From an uncultured Spirochaetia bacterium (lineage in GTDB: Bacteria > Desulfobacterota_D > UBA1144 > Nemesobacterales > UBA2774), in the NCBI GenBank assembly GCA_964618635.1, contig CAZUDM010000012.1, positions 2,315 to 66,314 on the forward strand: 64,000 nt of DNA. Direction: 5' to 3'. Position numbers and translations under genes: made by a program. The stretch's first letter is position 1; each line of letters begins with the position of its first letter. The notes below the pieces were generated by a model. That model was not told the origin of the DNA and ran no database searches. It was given only the letters and a program-made list of their open reading frames with translations. Below, piece by piece: positions 21,776-36,076 of this stretch.

Positions 21776-21917
21776 GCTAAAACTCCTCGCTGTGTGGTAT
21801 CGGTAACGCAGAGGGAAAGCATAGTACCACAGACGGCGGATTTACTCAATTCTGCGTAGAATGATAGCGAATGCACCGGAAATCAAGCGCCGGGACTGCG
21901 CGCTGAACGGAAGATCG

Positions 21918-22937
21918 TCAGGTGAACTGCCGTAGAAAGCGGACGTCGTTTTCGAAAAAGAGGCGTATGTCGTTAATGCCGAACTTGAGCATGGTTATCC
22001 TTTCGATCCCCATACCGAAGGCGAAGCCCGAGTATTTCGAGGAATCGTACCCGACGCTCTTGAAGACCTCGGGGTCAACCATGCCGCAGCCGAGGATCTC
22101 GAGCCAGCCCGTGTCCTTGCAGACCCTGCACCCCTTGCCGCCGCATATCATGCACTGCATGTCTACCTCGGCGCTGGGCTCTGTGAACGGGAAGAAGCTC
22201 GGGCGGAACCTCACGCCTATTCCCTCGCCGAATACGAGCCTTACGAACTCGGTGAGAACGCCTTTGAGATCGCCGAACGTTACGTGCTCGTCCACCAGGA
22301 GCCCCTCTATCTGGTGGAACATCGGGGTGTGGGAGACGTCGCTGTCGTTCCTGTAGACCCTTCCGGGGGCGATGATCTTCACGGGGGGCTTCAGCTTCTC
22401 CATCACGCGAATCTGGACGGGGGATGTGTGCGTCCGGAGAACGACGTCGTCCGAGATGTAGAACGTGTCCTGCATGTCCCTCGCCGGATGGTTTTTGGGG
22501 ATGTTGAGCGCCTCGAAGTTGTAGTAGTCCGTTTCGACCTCGGGGCCCTCGGCGACCTCGAACCCCATCCTCTCGAATATGGAGACTACCTCCTCCATGA
22601 CCTGCGTAACGGGGTGTTTCGCGCCGGCGGGGAGGCCCTTTCCGGGAAGTGTGACGTCTATTCTCTCCTCGAAGAGGGAGCGGTTCTTCTTTTCCTCCCT
22701 TATGGAATCGAGCCTCGACTCGACGAGCTCCTCGACGAATGTTTTCGCCTCGTTTACGAGCTGCCCCATCTTCGGGCGCTCTTCGGGCGAGAGGTCCTTC
22801 ATACCCTTCAGTATCTCTGTAATGACGCCCTTTTTCCCGAGGAATCTCGCCTTTAAATTCTGGAGCGCCGCCTCGTCGGAGACTGAGCCAAGCTCCTCGC
22901 GCGCCTGTTTTTTTAGTTCGTCGAGCTTCTCGATCAT
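21918..22937 (-). CDS. pheS: Phenylalanine--tRNA ligase alpha subunit
   Basis: Class II aaRS motifs are present (FRPSFFPFTEPSAEVD; GCGMVDPEV). The likely start is MIEKLDELKK, at 22937. No pheT is adjacent. Confidence 0.9.
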   Translation of the reverse strand: MIEKLDELKKQAREELGSVSDEAALQNLKARFLGKKGVITEILKGMKDLSPEERPKMGQLVNEAKTFVEELVESRLDSIREEKKNRSLFEERIDVTLPGKGLPAGAKHPVTQVMEEVVSIFERMGFEVAEGPEVETDYYNFEALNIPKNHPARDMQDTFYISDDVVLRTHTSPVQIRVMEKLKPPVKIIAPGRVYRNDSDVSHTPMFHQIEGLLVDEHVTFGDLKGVLTEFVRLVFGEGIGVRFRPSFFPFTEPSAEVDMQCMICGGKGCRVCKDTGWLEILGCGMVDPEVFKSVGYDSSKYSGFAFGMGIERITMLKFGINDIRLFFENDVRFLRQFT

Positions 22938-23069
22938 TAAGCTGCTCCAAATGGGTCTTCGAAAATCACAATAATCTACCATATCGGCGCGGGACATCTA
23001 CCTTATTAGAGAAAAGGAAGCGCCGGGGGGATGCGCAGCGCGGGGCCGGACAGAAAAAGGAGAGCTGAA

Positions 23070-23594
23070 TCAGCGCACGGCCGCCGCCACGGTTATCACG
23101 ACCATCGCGACCGCTATGGCGCCCTTTGAAATCGTGCCCGCGACCCTGCCGAGGAAGGCCCCCCAGCCGGACTGTATGGACTCGTCGAGGCTCTTTCCGA
23201 GGAGGAGCTCTACCGCTATGGCACCCGCGAACGCCCCGACGAATGCGCCTACGACGGCCCCTATGCCGAAGAAGAACGGGGCCCCCATTATGCCGCCGGC
23301 TATAGCGCCGACGATGGAGCCGACTATAGCCCTGTTACTCGACTTGTATTTCTTAGAGCCGGCTATCCCAAGGAGGAATTCTATAAGCTCGCCTATGAGG
23401 ACGAGCACGACGAGTATGACGATTACCCTTACCGTGATTTCCTCGAAGCCCCCGTACCAGCCGTAGAGCAGCGACGCGGCCAGTATTATAAAGGTGCCGG
23501 GGAGACCGAAGACGAGCGACGCCAGGCCGATGAGGGCCGCCAGAATGTAAGCCGCGAATACGACGTAATCCATCATGCGTATAGGTTTACACAC
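23070..23594 (-). CDS. DUF456 family membrane protein
   Basis: 174 aa (168 aa from the second ATG at 23576). Multi-TM with a GLPGTFIIL motif and Gly/Ala-rich helices typical of DUF456. Confidence 0.55.
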   Translation of the reverse strand: MCKPIRMMDYVVFAAYILAALIGLASLVFGLPGTFIILAASLLYGWYGGFEEITVRVIVILVVLVLIGELIEFLLGIAGSKKYKSSNRAIVGSIVGAIAGGIMGAPFFFGIGAVVGAFVGAFAGAIAVELLLGKSLDESIQSGWGAFLGRVAGTISKGAIAVAMVVITVAAAVR

Positions 23595-23653
23595 GGCGGT
23601 GTATTTACAACATGCATTTTAGGAGAAGGAAATGGGTTACGGCAAGGGGATGT

Positions 23654-25096
23654 TCAGACGACGGCGTGCTTACGGGCATAGAGGAAGTAGATCACGAACC
23701 CGGCCGCCATCCAGATAATCAGCCGGAGCCACGTATCCATCGGAAGGGCGGCCATCTGAACGAGGCTCACGAGGATTCCCATTATCGGCACGAAGGGGAA
23801 GAGGGGGGCTTTGAACGGTCTTATGAGGCCAGGCTCCCTGTATCTGAGCACGAGCACTCCAGCACACACGATCACGAAGGCGAGTAATGTTCCTATAGAG
23901 ACGAGCTCCCCCAGTATCCCAATCGGGAAGATGCCCGCGAAGAAGGCCGCCACGACGCCGGTGAGCGCCGTCGCGAAAACGGGGGTTCTGAATTTCGTAT
24001 GAACCTCGGCGAATTTTTCGGGAAGCATTTTGTCGCGCGACATCGCGTAGAATATCCTCGTCTGCCCGAAGAGGAGCACCATGACGACGGAAGTCAGCCC
24101 CGCGATAGCGCCTATCTTTATGAGCGGGCGGAGCCAGGAGAGCTCCTCGCCCATGAAATCGACGGCGACGGCTATGGGGTCGGGCACGTCGAGCATGTCG
24201 TATTTGACGACGCCCGTAAGCACGAGGGCGACTGCGATGTAAAGGAGCGTGGCGACGAAGAGCGAGCCGAGGATGCCGATGGGGACGTTCCGCTGCGGGT
24301 TTTTCGTTTCCTGGGCCGCCGTCGAAACGGCGTCGAAGCCTATATACGCGAAGAATATCACACCCGCCCCGCGCAATATCCCGCTCCATCCGAAATGCCC
24401 GAACATGCCTTCGTTGGGAGGTATGAAGGGCTCCCAGTTTTCCCTGTTGATGTAGAGGAATCCGACTCCTATGAACACGACAAGGACCACCAGCTTCAGT
24501 ATGACGATGAGGCTGTTGGCGGTCGCCGATTCGCGTATCCCGAGGACGAGCACCGCCGTAGCCGCGAGCACTATGAACACGGCAGGAAGATTTAACGCAG
24601 CGCCCGTAAAGCCCCAGCCGTGAATATGGTCGAACGATAGCGGGGCCTTGGCGACTATCTCGGGGACGATAACGCCGAAGTCCTTTAAAAAGCTCACCAT
24701 GTACCCCGACCAGCCGACGGAAACCGTCGAGCTTGCGAAGAGGTATTCGAGAATGAGGTCCCACCCTATAATCCAGGCAATGAACTGCCCCATGGTGGCG
24801 TAGGAGTAGGTGTAGGCGCTTCCGGAAACGGGGATCATGGACGCCATTTCGGCGTAGCAGAGCCCCGCGAAGACGCATCCTATCCCGGAAAGAACGAATG
24901 AAAGGGAAATAGCCGGCCCCGCGTACTGAGCGGCGGCCTGCCCGGTTACGACGAAAATACCCGCCCCGATGATGATGCCGATGCCAAGGCTGACCAGATC
25001 GAGCGGACCGAGCACGCGTTTCAGTCCGCGTTGCTCGTCGTCCGCTTCTTTTGCTATCCGGTCAATGCTTTTCCTTTTAAAAAGGCTCCCTGCCAT
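23654..25096 (-). CDS. APC-family amino acid permease (cationic amino acid transporter-like)
   Basis: 480 aa with 12 predicted TM helices. The N-terminal GIGIIIGAGIFVVTG motif is characteristic of the APC superfamily. Confidence 0.8.
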   Translation of the reverse strand: MAGSLFKRKSIDRIAKEADDEQRGLKRVLGPLDLVSLGIGIIIGAGIFVVTGQAAAQYAGPAISLSFVLSGIGCVFAGLCYAEMASMIPVSGSAYTYSYATMGQFIAWIIGWDLILEYLFASSTVSVGWSGYMVSFLKDFGVIVPEIVAKAPLSFDHIHGWGFTGAALNLPAVFIVLAATAVLVLGIRESATANSLIVILKLVVLVVFIGVGFLYINRENWEPFIPPNEGMFGHFGWSGILRGAGVIFFAYIGFDAVSTAAQETKNPQRNVPIGILGSLFVATLLYIAVALVLTGVVKYDMLDVPDPIAVAVDFMGEELSWLRPLIKIGAIAGLTSVVMVLLFGQTRIFYAMSRDKMLPEKFAEVHTKFRTPVFATALTGVVAAFFAGIFPIGILGELVSIGTLLAFVIVCAGVLVLRYREPGLIRPFKAPLFPFVPIMGILVSLVQMAALPMDTWLRLIIWMAAGFVIYFLYARKHAVV

Positions 25097-25131
25097 TCAC
25101 ACGCCCTGCGGAAGTTGATACCATCCGCAGT

Positions 25132-27255
<2,124 letters not shown>

Positions 27256-27693
27256 TTCAACTCTCCTTTGAGTTTATTTGATCCTTGTTTTTTCGTGAAT
27301 TGGGGTAATGGAGCGATTGATAAAAGGGGGAATTCGGACAGCCCGGCGGAGCTTCTGAATCGACCGGGAAGAATACGCAAAACACCGAACTGAGCTATCG
27401 GTATCCGGTAAGCACATTTAGAACGGAGCAAAGATGACTTCAACCCATCCCCTCCAAAGATTTGGAGGAAACATATACAACTGCATATCAATGTCAAGTA
27501 TTTTTTCAATTACGGCAAATAGTGCGGCGTGTATAATCACGCGGGCCCGGCGCGCAAAACTTTTTTAAGATTCACGCCCCGAAAACGCAGAAAGCGGATA
27601 GGATTCGAGGGAATAAAGTGCTAAAATTATTGCGCTCCGGTTTCACTCCCCGTGAGGCATCAGAAGTAAAAACAAGAGAAGGGACGAGATATT

Positions 27694-29523
27694 ATGACAA
27701 TACATGCCATGCCGCTTGTCGTGGGCGCCCTGTGCGTGATGGTTATTTTCTACCGTTACTATCACGGCTTCATAGCAGCCAAGGTCGCGGCTCTGGACGA
27801 TTCGAGGAAAACCCCCGCCTACACGATGTACGACGGACAGAACTACTACCCGACGAACAAGTGGGTTCTGTTCGGGCACCATTTCGCCGCCATTACGGGA
27901 GCGGGGCCGCTGATAGGCCCCGTGCTCGCGGCGCAGTTCGGCGTCCTGCCGGGATACCTCTGGATTCTCGTAGGGGTCGTCGTGGCGGGGGCCGTGCACG
28001 ACTTCATAATATTCTTCGCGTCCGTAAGGCACGGCGGGAAATCCCTCGCCGAGATAGCGAAAACGGAGATAAGCCCCGTGACCGGATTCGTCGCCTCGAT
28101 CGCCGTCCTTTTCATACTGGTCGTCGCGCTCGCCGGGCTCGGGCTCGCGGTCGTGAACGCCCTCGCCGAAAGCTCCTGGGGCGTCTTCACCATAGGCTGC
28201 ACCGTGCCAATAGCCTTCTTCATGGGCCTTTATATGTACAGGTTCAGGAAGGGACGGATAGTGGAGGCGACGGCGATAGGCGTGGTGCTCCTGATACTCG
28301 CCGTATTTTTCGGGAAGGATGTCGCCCACTCCTCTCTGGCCCCCTATTTCTCACTCTCGAAAACGAGCATAACGCTCATTATTCTCGTCTACGGTTTCAT
28401 CGCTTCGATACTCCCCGTGTGGCTTCTTCTCTGCCCGAGGGACTACCTGAGCTCGTTCATGAAGATAGGGACCATAGCCTTTCTGGCAGTGGGAATCATC
28501 CTCGTAAACCCCGAGCTCAAGATGCCTATCGTGACGGATTTCGTCAAAGGCGGCGGGCCGATAATCCCGGGGGCAATGTTCCCCTTCGTTTTCATTACGA
28601 TAGCCTGCGGCGCGATTTCGGGCTTCCACGCGCTCGTGGCGTCGGGGACTTCCCCAAAGATGGTAACCAAAGAATCGGACATAAAAACGATCGGGTTCGT
28701 CGCGATGCTCATAGAAGGGTTTATCGCCATACTGGCGCTGATCGCTGCCACCGCCCTCTTCCCCGGCGACTACTTCGCGATAAACGTCCCCGACCCGATA
28801 TTCCAGACACTCGGGCACCAGGTCGTCAACCTCGAGCATTTGTCTCATCAGGTGGGCGAGAATCTCGCGGGAAGGACAGGCGGCGCGGTATCGCTGGCCG
28901 TGGGCATGGCGCAGATATTCACGGCCCTTCCCGGCATGGGGCACCTCATGGATTACTGGTATCACTTCGCGATAATGTTCGAGGCGCTTTTCATACTGAC
29001 TACGATAGACACCGGGACGAGGGTCGCGCGCTTCATGATCCAGGAATTCGGGGGGAGGTTCTATAAGCCTTTTGAGAAGGTCGATAATCTTCCGTCGGCC
29101 ATAATAGCCAGCGCGCTTATTTCAGTCGCGTGGGGATATTTTGTCCTCACGGGGAGCATAAGCACGATATGGCCCATGTTCGGGACAGCGAACCAGGTGC
29201 TCGCGGGTATCGCGCTTTGCGTCGGAACGACGTTTATAATAAGACACGGGAAGGCTAGGTACGCCTGGGTCACCATGGTGCCGATGGCTTTCGTCATGGC
29301 AACAACTCTCTCGGCCGCGTGGATGAATATTACGGACAATTTCCTCCCGATGACGCAAAAGGAGGGATTTGTGCATCAGGGATACGTGAATATAGCCTTT
29401 ACGGTCGTGATGATGCTCTGCGCGATAATTATAATAATCGACTCCGTACGGGTATGGATACAAAAACTATACGTCGAAAAAAGACAGGCGCAGCTCGGAG
29501 ACAAAGGTGCCGTCCATGACTGA
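27694..29523 (+). CDS. cstA: Carbon starvation protein A family peptide/pyruvate transporter
   Basis: 609 aa. The CstA N-terminus [21 protein letters not shown]...[29 protein letters not shown] is present. Confidence 0.9.
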   Translation: MTIHAMPLVVGALCVMVIFYRYYHGFIAAKVAALDDSRKTPAYTMYDGQNYYPTNKWVLFGHHFAAITGAGPLIGPVLAAQFGVLPGYLWILVGVVVAGAVHDFIIFFASVRHGGKSLAEIAKTEISPVTGFVASIAVLFILVVALAGLGLAVVNALAESSWGVFTIGCTVPIAFFMGLYMYRFRKGRIVEATAIGVVLLILAVFFGKDVAHSSLAPYFSLSKTSITLIILVYGFIASILPVWLLLCPRDYLSSFMKIGTIAFLAVGIILVNPELKMPIVTDFVKGGGPIIPGAMFPFVFITIACGAISGFHALVASGTSPKMVTKESDIKTIGFVAMLIEGFIAILALIAATALFPGDYFAINVPDPIFQTLGHQVVNLEHLSHQVGENLAGRTGGAVSLAVGMAQIFTALPGMGHLMDYWYHFAIMFEALFILTTIDTGTRVARFMIQEFGGRFYKPFEKVDNLPSAIIASALISVAWGYFVLTGSISTIWPMFGTANQVLAGIALCVGTTFIIRHGKARYAWVTMVPMAFVMATTLSAAWMNITDNFLPMTQKEGFVHQGYVNIAFTVVMMLCAIIIIIDSVRVWIQKLYVEKRQAQLGDKGAVHD

Positions 29524-29911
29524 TCACTCGTCCGTCATTATCGTGAGGGAAAACGATTCCGGCGGGGGATGCATATGCTGCTCGGGAGGAATCGGGGAGC
29601 ATGCCAAGAAAGACCCGTCTTACGGACGCATAAGAACCCTTGCGGAGGAATGCGGAAGGCTTCACAGGGAGATAAGGGAAAGGTTCGGCGAGGACGAAGT
29701 CGAGATAATACAGATAGAGCCCAAGGATTATATATATGTGATGCCGAAAGTGCTAAAGGAGATTTTCACGCACGGCCGGCCTATCATACCATCCATTAAA
29801 ACGCTTTTACTCTGGGAGTCCATCCCGGCGGTTATCGTGAACGGCAAGACAGTGAGCTCAGGACGCGTTCCCGCAGTGGAAGAAATCGTAAAAGAGCTGG
29901 GCCGGGACTGA
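29516..29911 (+). CDS. ArsD-like thioredoxin-fold small protein with a [10 protein letters not shown] motif, translationally coupled to cstA
   Basis: 131 aa from the ATG at 29516, which overlaps the cstA TGA as ATGACTGA. The C-terminal [27 protein letters not shown] parallels ArsD LPLLLLDGETVMAGRYPKRAELARWFG. The N-terminal CxCC resembles the ArsD metal-binding Cys cluster. Confidence 0.4.
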   Translation: MTDHSSVIIVRENDSGGGCICCSGGIGEHAKKDPSYGRIRTLAEECGRLHREIRERFGEDEVEIIQIEPKDYIYVMPKVLKEIFTHGRPIIPSIKTLLLWESIPAVIVNGKTVSSGRVPAVEEIVKELGRD

Positions 29912-29922
29912 CGAGCCCCCGG

Positions 29923-30840
29923 TCAGACCGGAAGCCCCTTCCATTTCCTCCACCATATGACTATCGCGCTCGCTATGAATATCGTCGAATACGAACCGGC
30001 AAGGCAGCCTACAATCATTACAAAGGCGAAATCATGAATGACGGAGCCGCCGAAGAAGAAGAGCGGGATCAGGACGAGGAAAACGGTTAAGTTGGTGAAC
30101 ACCGTCCTCGACAAGGTCTGGTTGATGGAAAGATTGACTATGTCTCTAAAGCTGCCGGCGACCCCCTTTTTGAGATTCTCTCTTATCCTGTCGAATATGA
30201 TTATGGTGTCGTTGACGGAGTAGCCGATTATAGTAAGGAGCGCCGCGACTATGGTGAGAGTAAAGTCCTTGTCCATGAGAGACAACGCACCGAGAGCTAT
30301 GAAGGCATCGTGGAAAACCGCGATAACCGCACCGAGGGCGAAGGCAAGCTCGAATCTCAGCATAACGTAGACGAGTATCCCTACGCAGCCCAGAAGAACG
30401 GCGAGTATAGCTTTGGTTACCAGCTCGCTTCCGACGTTGGGACCTATATAATCCACCCGCAATATGGTCCCCCCTTCAAATACCGGGTTCGATTTAACAA
30501 GCCCTTCGAGGGTCTTCTGGAAATCCTGTATGCGCTCGAACTGTACGACGTCCGAGGAGAACCTTATCAGGTATTCCCTGTCCCCCTCGATGCCGACGCG
30601 CTGAACCATATCTGTCGGATAACCGGTTTCTTCCAGTGCATCCCTTATGTCGTCGGCACTGATGTCTTTCGCGAGCTTTATCTGAATTTCCGTGCCGCCC
30701 GTAAATTCCACGCCCCATTCAGGTCCCTTGTGATATATCAAAGAGCCTAAAGAAATGACTATAGCCAGCAGCGATATCAAAGCTGCGGGCTTCATCATCT
30801 TAACAAAATCTATTTTTGTATTAGGTTTGATTAAATCCAA
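29923..30840 (-). CDS. secF: Protein translocase subunit SecF
   Basis: 305 aa. SecF topology and motifs are present (WGVEFTGGTEIQIK). It lies downstream of secD. Confidence 0.9.
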   Translation of the reverse strand: MDLIKPNTKIDFVKMMKPAALISLLAIVISLGSLIYHKGPEWGVEFTGGTEIQIKLAKDISADDIRDALEETGYPTDMVQRVGIEGDREYLIRFSSDVVQFERIQDFQKTLEGLVKSNPVFEGGTILRVDYIGPNVGSELVTKAILAVLLGCVGILVYVMLRFELAFALGAVIAVFHDAFIALGALSLMDKDFTLTIVAALLTIIGYSVNDTIIIFDRIRENLKKGVAGSFRDIVNLSINQTLSRTVFTNLTVFLVLIPLFFFGGSVIHDFAFVMIVGCLAGSYSTIFIASAIVIWWRKWKGLPV

Positions 30841-30865
30841 GTCCTTACACCCTCCTGGGTTCTCT

Positions 30866-32460
30866 TCAAATGCTTAACTTAATGACTTTTTTGTTCTGGT
30901 ATATGTATTCCGTTATAACCCTTGCGACGATTACGTTGCTGAACACAGTCGAAACGATACCGATCGAAAGGGTCGCGGCGAAGCCTTTTATCGGCCCGGT
31001 GCCGAACCAGAACAAGATAATCGCTGTAATGAGCGTGGTAATGTTGGCGTCGAGAATGGTCCAGAGAGACCTCTCGAAACCGGCGTCAATCGCCGCGATC
31101 GGCGATTTACCCGCACGGAGCTCCTCTTTCATCCTCTCCAAAATGATGATGTTGCCGTCGACGGCCATACCCATCGTTAAGACGAGGCCGGCTATACCGG
31201 GCAGGGTAAGCGTAACGCCGAACGCCGAGAAAAACCCCATTATAAAGAGCATGTTGAGCGCCAGAGCGATATTGGCCACTACGCCCTGGAGCTTATAGAC
31301 AACGACCATGAATATTATGACGAGTATGCCGCCGAGAATCATGGAATTCATTCCGCTATCGATAGAGTCCTTCCCAAGCGAGGGACCCACCGTTCTTTCC
31401 TGCTCGACGGTAACGGGAACAGGCAGCGAACCCGAACGAAGGACGAGCGCGAGGTCGTTCGCCTCTTCGCTCGTGAACTTGCCCGTTATCCTTCCCTGGG
31501 TCGAAATCCTGTCCTGAATAGTCGGGGCGGATTTGATGGTGCCGTCGAGAACTATTGCCAGCCGCTGCCCGATGTTGTTCTCCGTGAGCTCGCCGAACTT
31601 GCTGGCGCCCGCTCCCTTGAAGCTGAAGCTGACTGCCGGCCTTCCGAATTCGTCGAATGTAATCCTGGCGTCGGAAAGGGATTCCCCCGTTACCGGCGAT
31701 TCTATGGAAGCTACGAAGAATTTTTCGTTTTCGATGCCGGTATTCCCCGGTATCAGCACGAGATTCTGTGCCGCGAGGTCTTCGGGCTTCGACACGCCGT
31801 ACTTGGCGAGGAGGGTATCCGCCGATGCGCCGGTATCTTTTACTATCTTGAATTCGAGCACCGCCGAGCGCTTTATGATGTCGATGACCCTCTGCCTGTC
31901 CCTGTCCGTAGCGCCGGGAACCTGAATCAGCACCCTGTCGGCGCCGGCTTTCTGTATGGAAGGCTCGACGAGGCCGAGCTCCTGTATCCTGTTTTCTATG
32001 ACCTGGCGGACCTGGTCAATCGCCTTTACCTCGGCGTCGCGTACATAAGCCCCCCTAAGCGTAAACGAGAGAGAAAGATCGCTCGCGCTTATATCGGCCC
32101 TGTCGGTGAAATTTTCGTCGGCGAGGGCCCGGGCCTTGTCGAGGTCGGCCTGGGAATAAAACTCCAGCGTCAGAGTGCTGCCCTTGAGCTGCGTATCCTT
32201 GACAAGGATCTGATCGTTCTTCAGCTCCTGGTTCATGAAGTCCCTTATGTTTGAAAGCTCGTGGACAATGGCCGCCTCCGTATCGACGCCCACCAGAAGG
32301 AATATGCCGCCCCTGAGGTCGAGGCCGAGATTGATGCCCCTGTCGGGGAAAATCCTGCCCCACCATTTGGGAAGTGCATCCCCCGCCACACTCGGAAGGA
32401 GGAGGAGCAGGGATAAAACGGTGACGACGAGTATTGTGATAATCCAGCCCTTGGAAGCTC

Positions 32461-32464
<4 letters not shown>
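30866..32464 (-). CDS. secD: Protein translocase subunit SecD
   Basis: 532 aa. LGLDLRGGIFLLVGVD is present near the N-terminus. The classic yajC-secD-secF order is kept. Confidence 0.9.
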
Positions 32465-34003
<1,539 letters not shown>

Positions 34004-34795
34004 TTAGAGGCCGAGGACGTCCTTCATGGTATAGGGGCCGGGCGGCTTCCCGTAAACCCACTTTACGGCCCTGACTACGCCCTTGGCGAAGTTGTCCCTG
34101 TTCTGCGCGCGGTGCGTGAGCTCGATCCTTTCGCCGTCGCCGAGAAACATAACGGTATGCTCGCCCGCGACGTCGCCGCCCCTTATGGATTGAATGCCTA
34201 TCTCGTTCTGCCTGCGCTCCCCTATTCTCCCGTATCTTTCATATCTGGCGGACTGGTCGAAGTCCCTGCCGAGCCCTTCAGCTGCGGCCCTGCCGAGCAT
34301 TATCGCGGTGCCGCTCGGGGAATCGAGCTTGTGCTTGTGATGGGCCTCGACTATCTCGACGTCGTATTCGTCGCCGAGCGCCCTCGCAAGGAGCTTCGTG
34401 ATCTCGAAGACGACGTTTACGCCGACGCTCATGTTAGGAGCGATCACGCAGGGGAATTTCAGGGACAGTTTTTCGAGCTTCTCCTGCTCGTCGTCCGTGA
34501 ACCCCGTCGTTCCTATGACCATGGCCTTGCCGTTGGAAGCCGCGTATCTTGCGTTCTCGAGCGTAGGCTTGGGAGCGGTGAAATCGACGATGACGTCCGC
34601 CTTCGAGGAGGATTCGTCCATGTCGGCCGTGACCTTTACGCCGAGCTTCCCTATGCCGGCCACGATGCCGGCATCCTTCCCGATCGCGGAATGGCCCTTT
34701 ATCTCCCTCGCTCCGACTATCTTGACAGATTCGTCACGGCTTAAAAAATAAAGAATTCTCTGCCCCATTCTCCCCGCTGCGCCCATTACGGAAAC
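34004..34795 (-). CDS. dapB: 4-hydroxy-tetrahydrodipicolinate reductase
   Basis: The Rossmann motif VMGAAGRMG and the motif EIVEAHHKHKLDSPSGTA are present. Likely start is the ATG at 34795 (MLKVSVMGAAG), 8 nt from the stop of the upstream lipoprotein gene. The longer ORF start at 34927 would overlap that gene. Confidence 0.85.
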   Translation of the reverse strand, partial: VSVMGAAGRMGQRILYFLSRDESVKIVGAREIKGHSAIGKDAGIVAGIGKLGVKVTADMDESSSKADVIVDFTAPKPTLENARYAASNGKAMVIGTTGFTDDEQEKLEKLSLKFPCVIAPNMSVGVNVVFEITKLLARALGDEYDVEIVEAHHKHKLDSPSGTAIMLGRAAAEGLGRDFDQSARYERYGRIGERRQNEIGIQSIRGGDVAGEHTVMFLGDGERIELTHRAQNRDNFAKGVVRAVKWVYGKPPGPYTMKDVLGL

Positions 34796-34803
34796 TTTTA
34801 ACA

Positions 34804-35337
34804 TCAGCTGGCCGGCTGCTCCTGTATCGTTGGTGCATTCTGCTGTATTGGTGCGTTCTGTTGCGTCGGTGCTTTCTGCGGTATTTCGAGGCAGTTCTTG
34901 ATGCAGTTCCCGGAGGTTATTTTCCATTTTTCGTCGAAGAGACCGAGGTCGTACTGGCTGTTCTGCATGAGCTCGACTACCTGCCCTGTCGTCGGCGATT
35001 TAATTTTCTGATTGAGCTCGACGACGACGATGGCTGTCCTGTCGAATATTTGTGTCCCGAGTATGCGGTAATTCAGAATGGTGAGCTGATTGTCTTTTAC
35101 CGTATTCTGCATCTGTATGACGTAACCCTCTTTGTCGGAGTAGGGGGCATATACATACTGATATGCCTTCTCGAACTTCTCGTCCTTTATGGCCTTCAGA
35201 AACTCCTCTACCACTTTCGTCGGGGAAGGTTCTATGGCCTTTCTCTCGGGGATAATAGGCTCCGCTTTTCCCCCGCCGCACGAGAGGAGAGCCATGAATA
35301 CGATTAAAACAGCGACGTGATTTCCGAAGCTCTGCAT
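34804..35337 (-). CDS. Hypothetical lipoprotein with a Q/P-rich C-terminal tail
   Basis: 177 aa. The lipobox is ALLSCGGG. The C-terminus carries a degenerate repeat APTQQNAPIQQNAPTIQEQPAS. Confidence 0.45.
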   Translation of the reverse strand: MQSFGNHVAVLIVFMALLSCGGGKAEPIIPERKAIEPSPTKVVEEFLKAIKDEKFEKAYQYVYAPYSDKEGYVIQMQNTVKDNQLTILNYRILGTQIFDRTAIVVVELNQKIKSPTTGQVVELMQNSQYDLGLFDEKWKITSGNCIKNCLEIPQKAPTQQNAPIQQNAPTIQEQPAS

Positions 35338-35539
35338 ATACCGCTCTTTTTATTGCTCGTAATTCCGTCAATTAGAATAAGTAGTTGCGGCGGATATATC
35401 AAGAAATATTTGGTTAAGGGAATATGTGCCGCACCGGAATCGGCCCTTTTATAAAGAGACGGCGCTCCGGTATAATCCTTGGAAATACGGCAAAGAGCTT
35501 CATGCGGTCAGAAGCCCTTGCCGGAACAGCCAGCGATAT

Positions 35540-36076
35540 ATGAGCAGTCTCAATCAGCCAAAGCCCGTGAGGCTCATCGTGGGGATAATACACATCCCCG
35601 GAGCGAAAATAGAGGAGTGCATGGAGGAGCTTGGCCGGGAATTCGGCGAGGAGGCATACAGGAGCGACCCCCGCCCGTTCGACGGGACGAGTTATTACGA
35701 GGAGGAGATGGGAAAGGGGCTCCAGCGCATATTTACCGCCTACAAAAGACTCATTCCCCGCGAGTCCATTAAGGATGTGAAGATATTTACAAACGAGGTG
35801 GAAAAGGTATTTTCATACGGCGGCGGGAGGACGATAAACCTGGACCCCGGATACATTGCGGAGGAGCATCTGATACTCGCCACGGGGAAGGGGTTTTCTC
35901 ACCGCCCGTATCTTGGCGGCGGGGTTTACGCCGATTTAACTCTTATGTATGTTAACGACGAATGGAAGCCTCTCGACTGGACCTACCCTGATTACAGGAA
36001 CGCCGGGACGATGGAGCTTTTCAGGAAGCTAAGAAGCGAATATTCGAAACAGCTCAAAGAGGAATACAGGCGATGA
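35540..36076 (+). CDS. Hypothetical protein (possibly DUF4416 family), translationally coupled to yicC
   Basis: The ORF track gives 35426..36076. The later start MSSLNQPKPVRLIVGII is preferred because a CCGGTATAAT -10-like element lies at 35468-35479, inside the longer ORF. The stop overlaps the yicC start (ATGA). Confidence 0.35.
   Translation: MSSLNQPKPVRLIVGIIHIPGAKIEECMEELGREFGEEAYRSDPRPFDGTSYYEEEMGKGLQRIFTAYKRLIPRESIKDVKIFTNEVEKVFSYGGGRTINLDPGYIAEEHLILATGKGFSHRPYLGGGVYADLTLMYVNDEWKPLDWTYPDYRNAGTMELFRKLRSEYSKQLKEEYRR

Noticed and set aside
21790-21835. Hairpin between pheS and dcd as a terminator/attenuator
   Set aside because: It has only about an 8-bp stem including a G-U pair, with a 22-nt loop and a weak GTTTTAG tail. 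This is too weak to call.
34796-34927. Longer dapB start at 34927 (MENNLRELHQ...)
   Set aside because: It would overlap the upstream lipoprotein gene by 124 nt and adds a low-complexity 44-aa extension absent from DapB family proteins. The internal ATG at 34795 yields a canonical 264-aa DapB.
35426-35539. N-terminal 38-aa extension of the yicC-coupled ORF (start at 35426)
   Set aside because: A -10-like CCGGTATAAT lies inside the extension and the downstream ATG (35540) gives a compact protein. The extension is likely untranslated leader.
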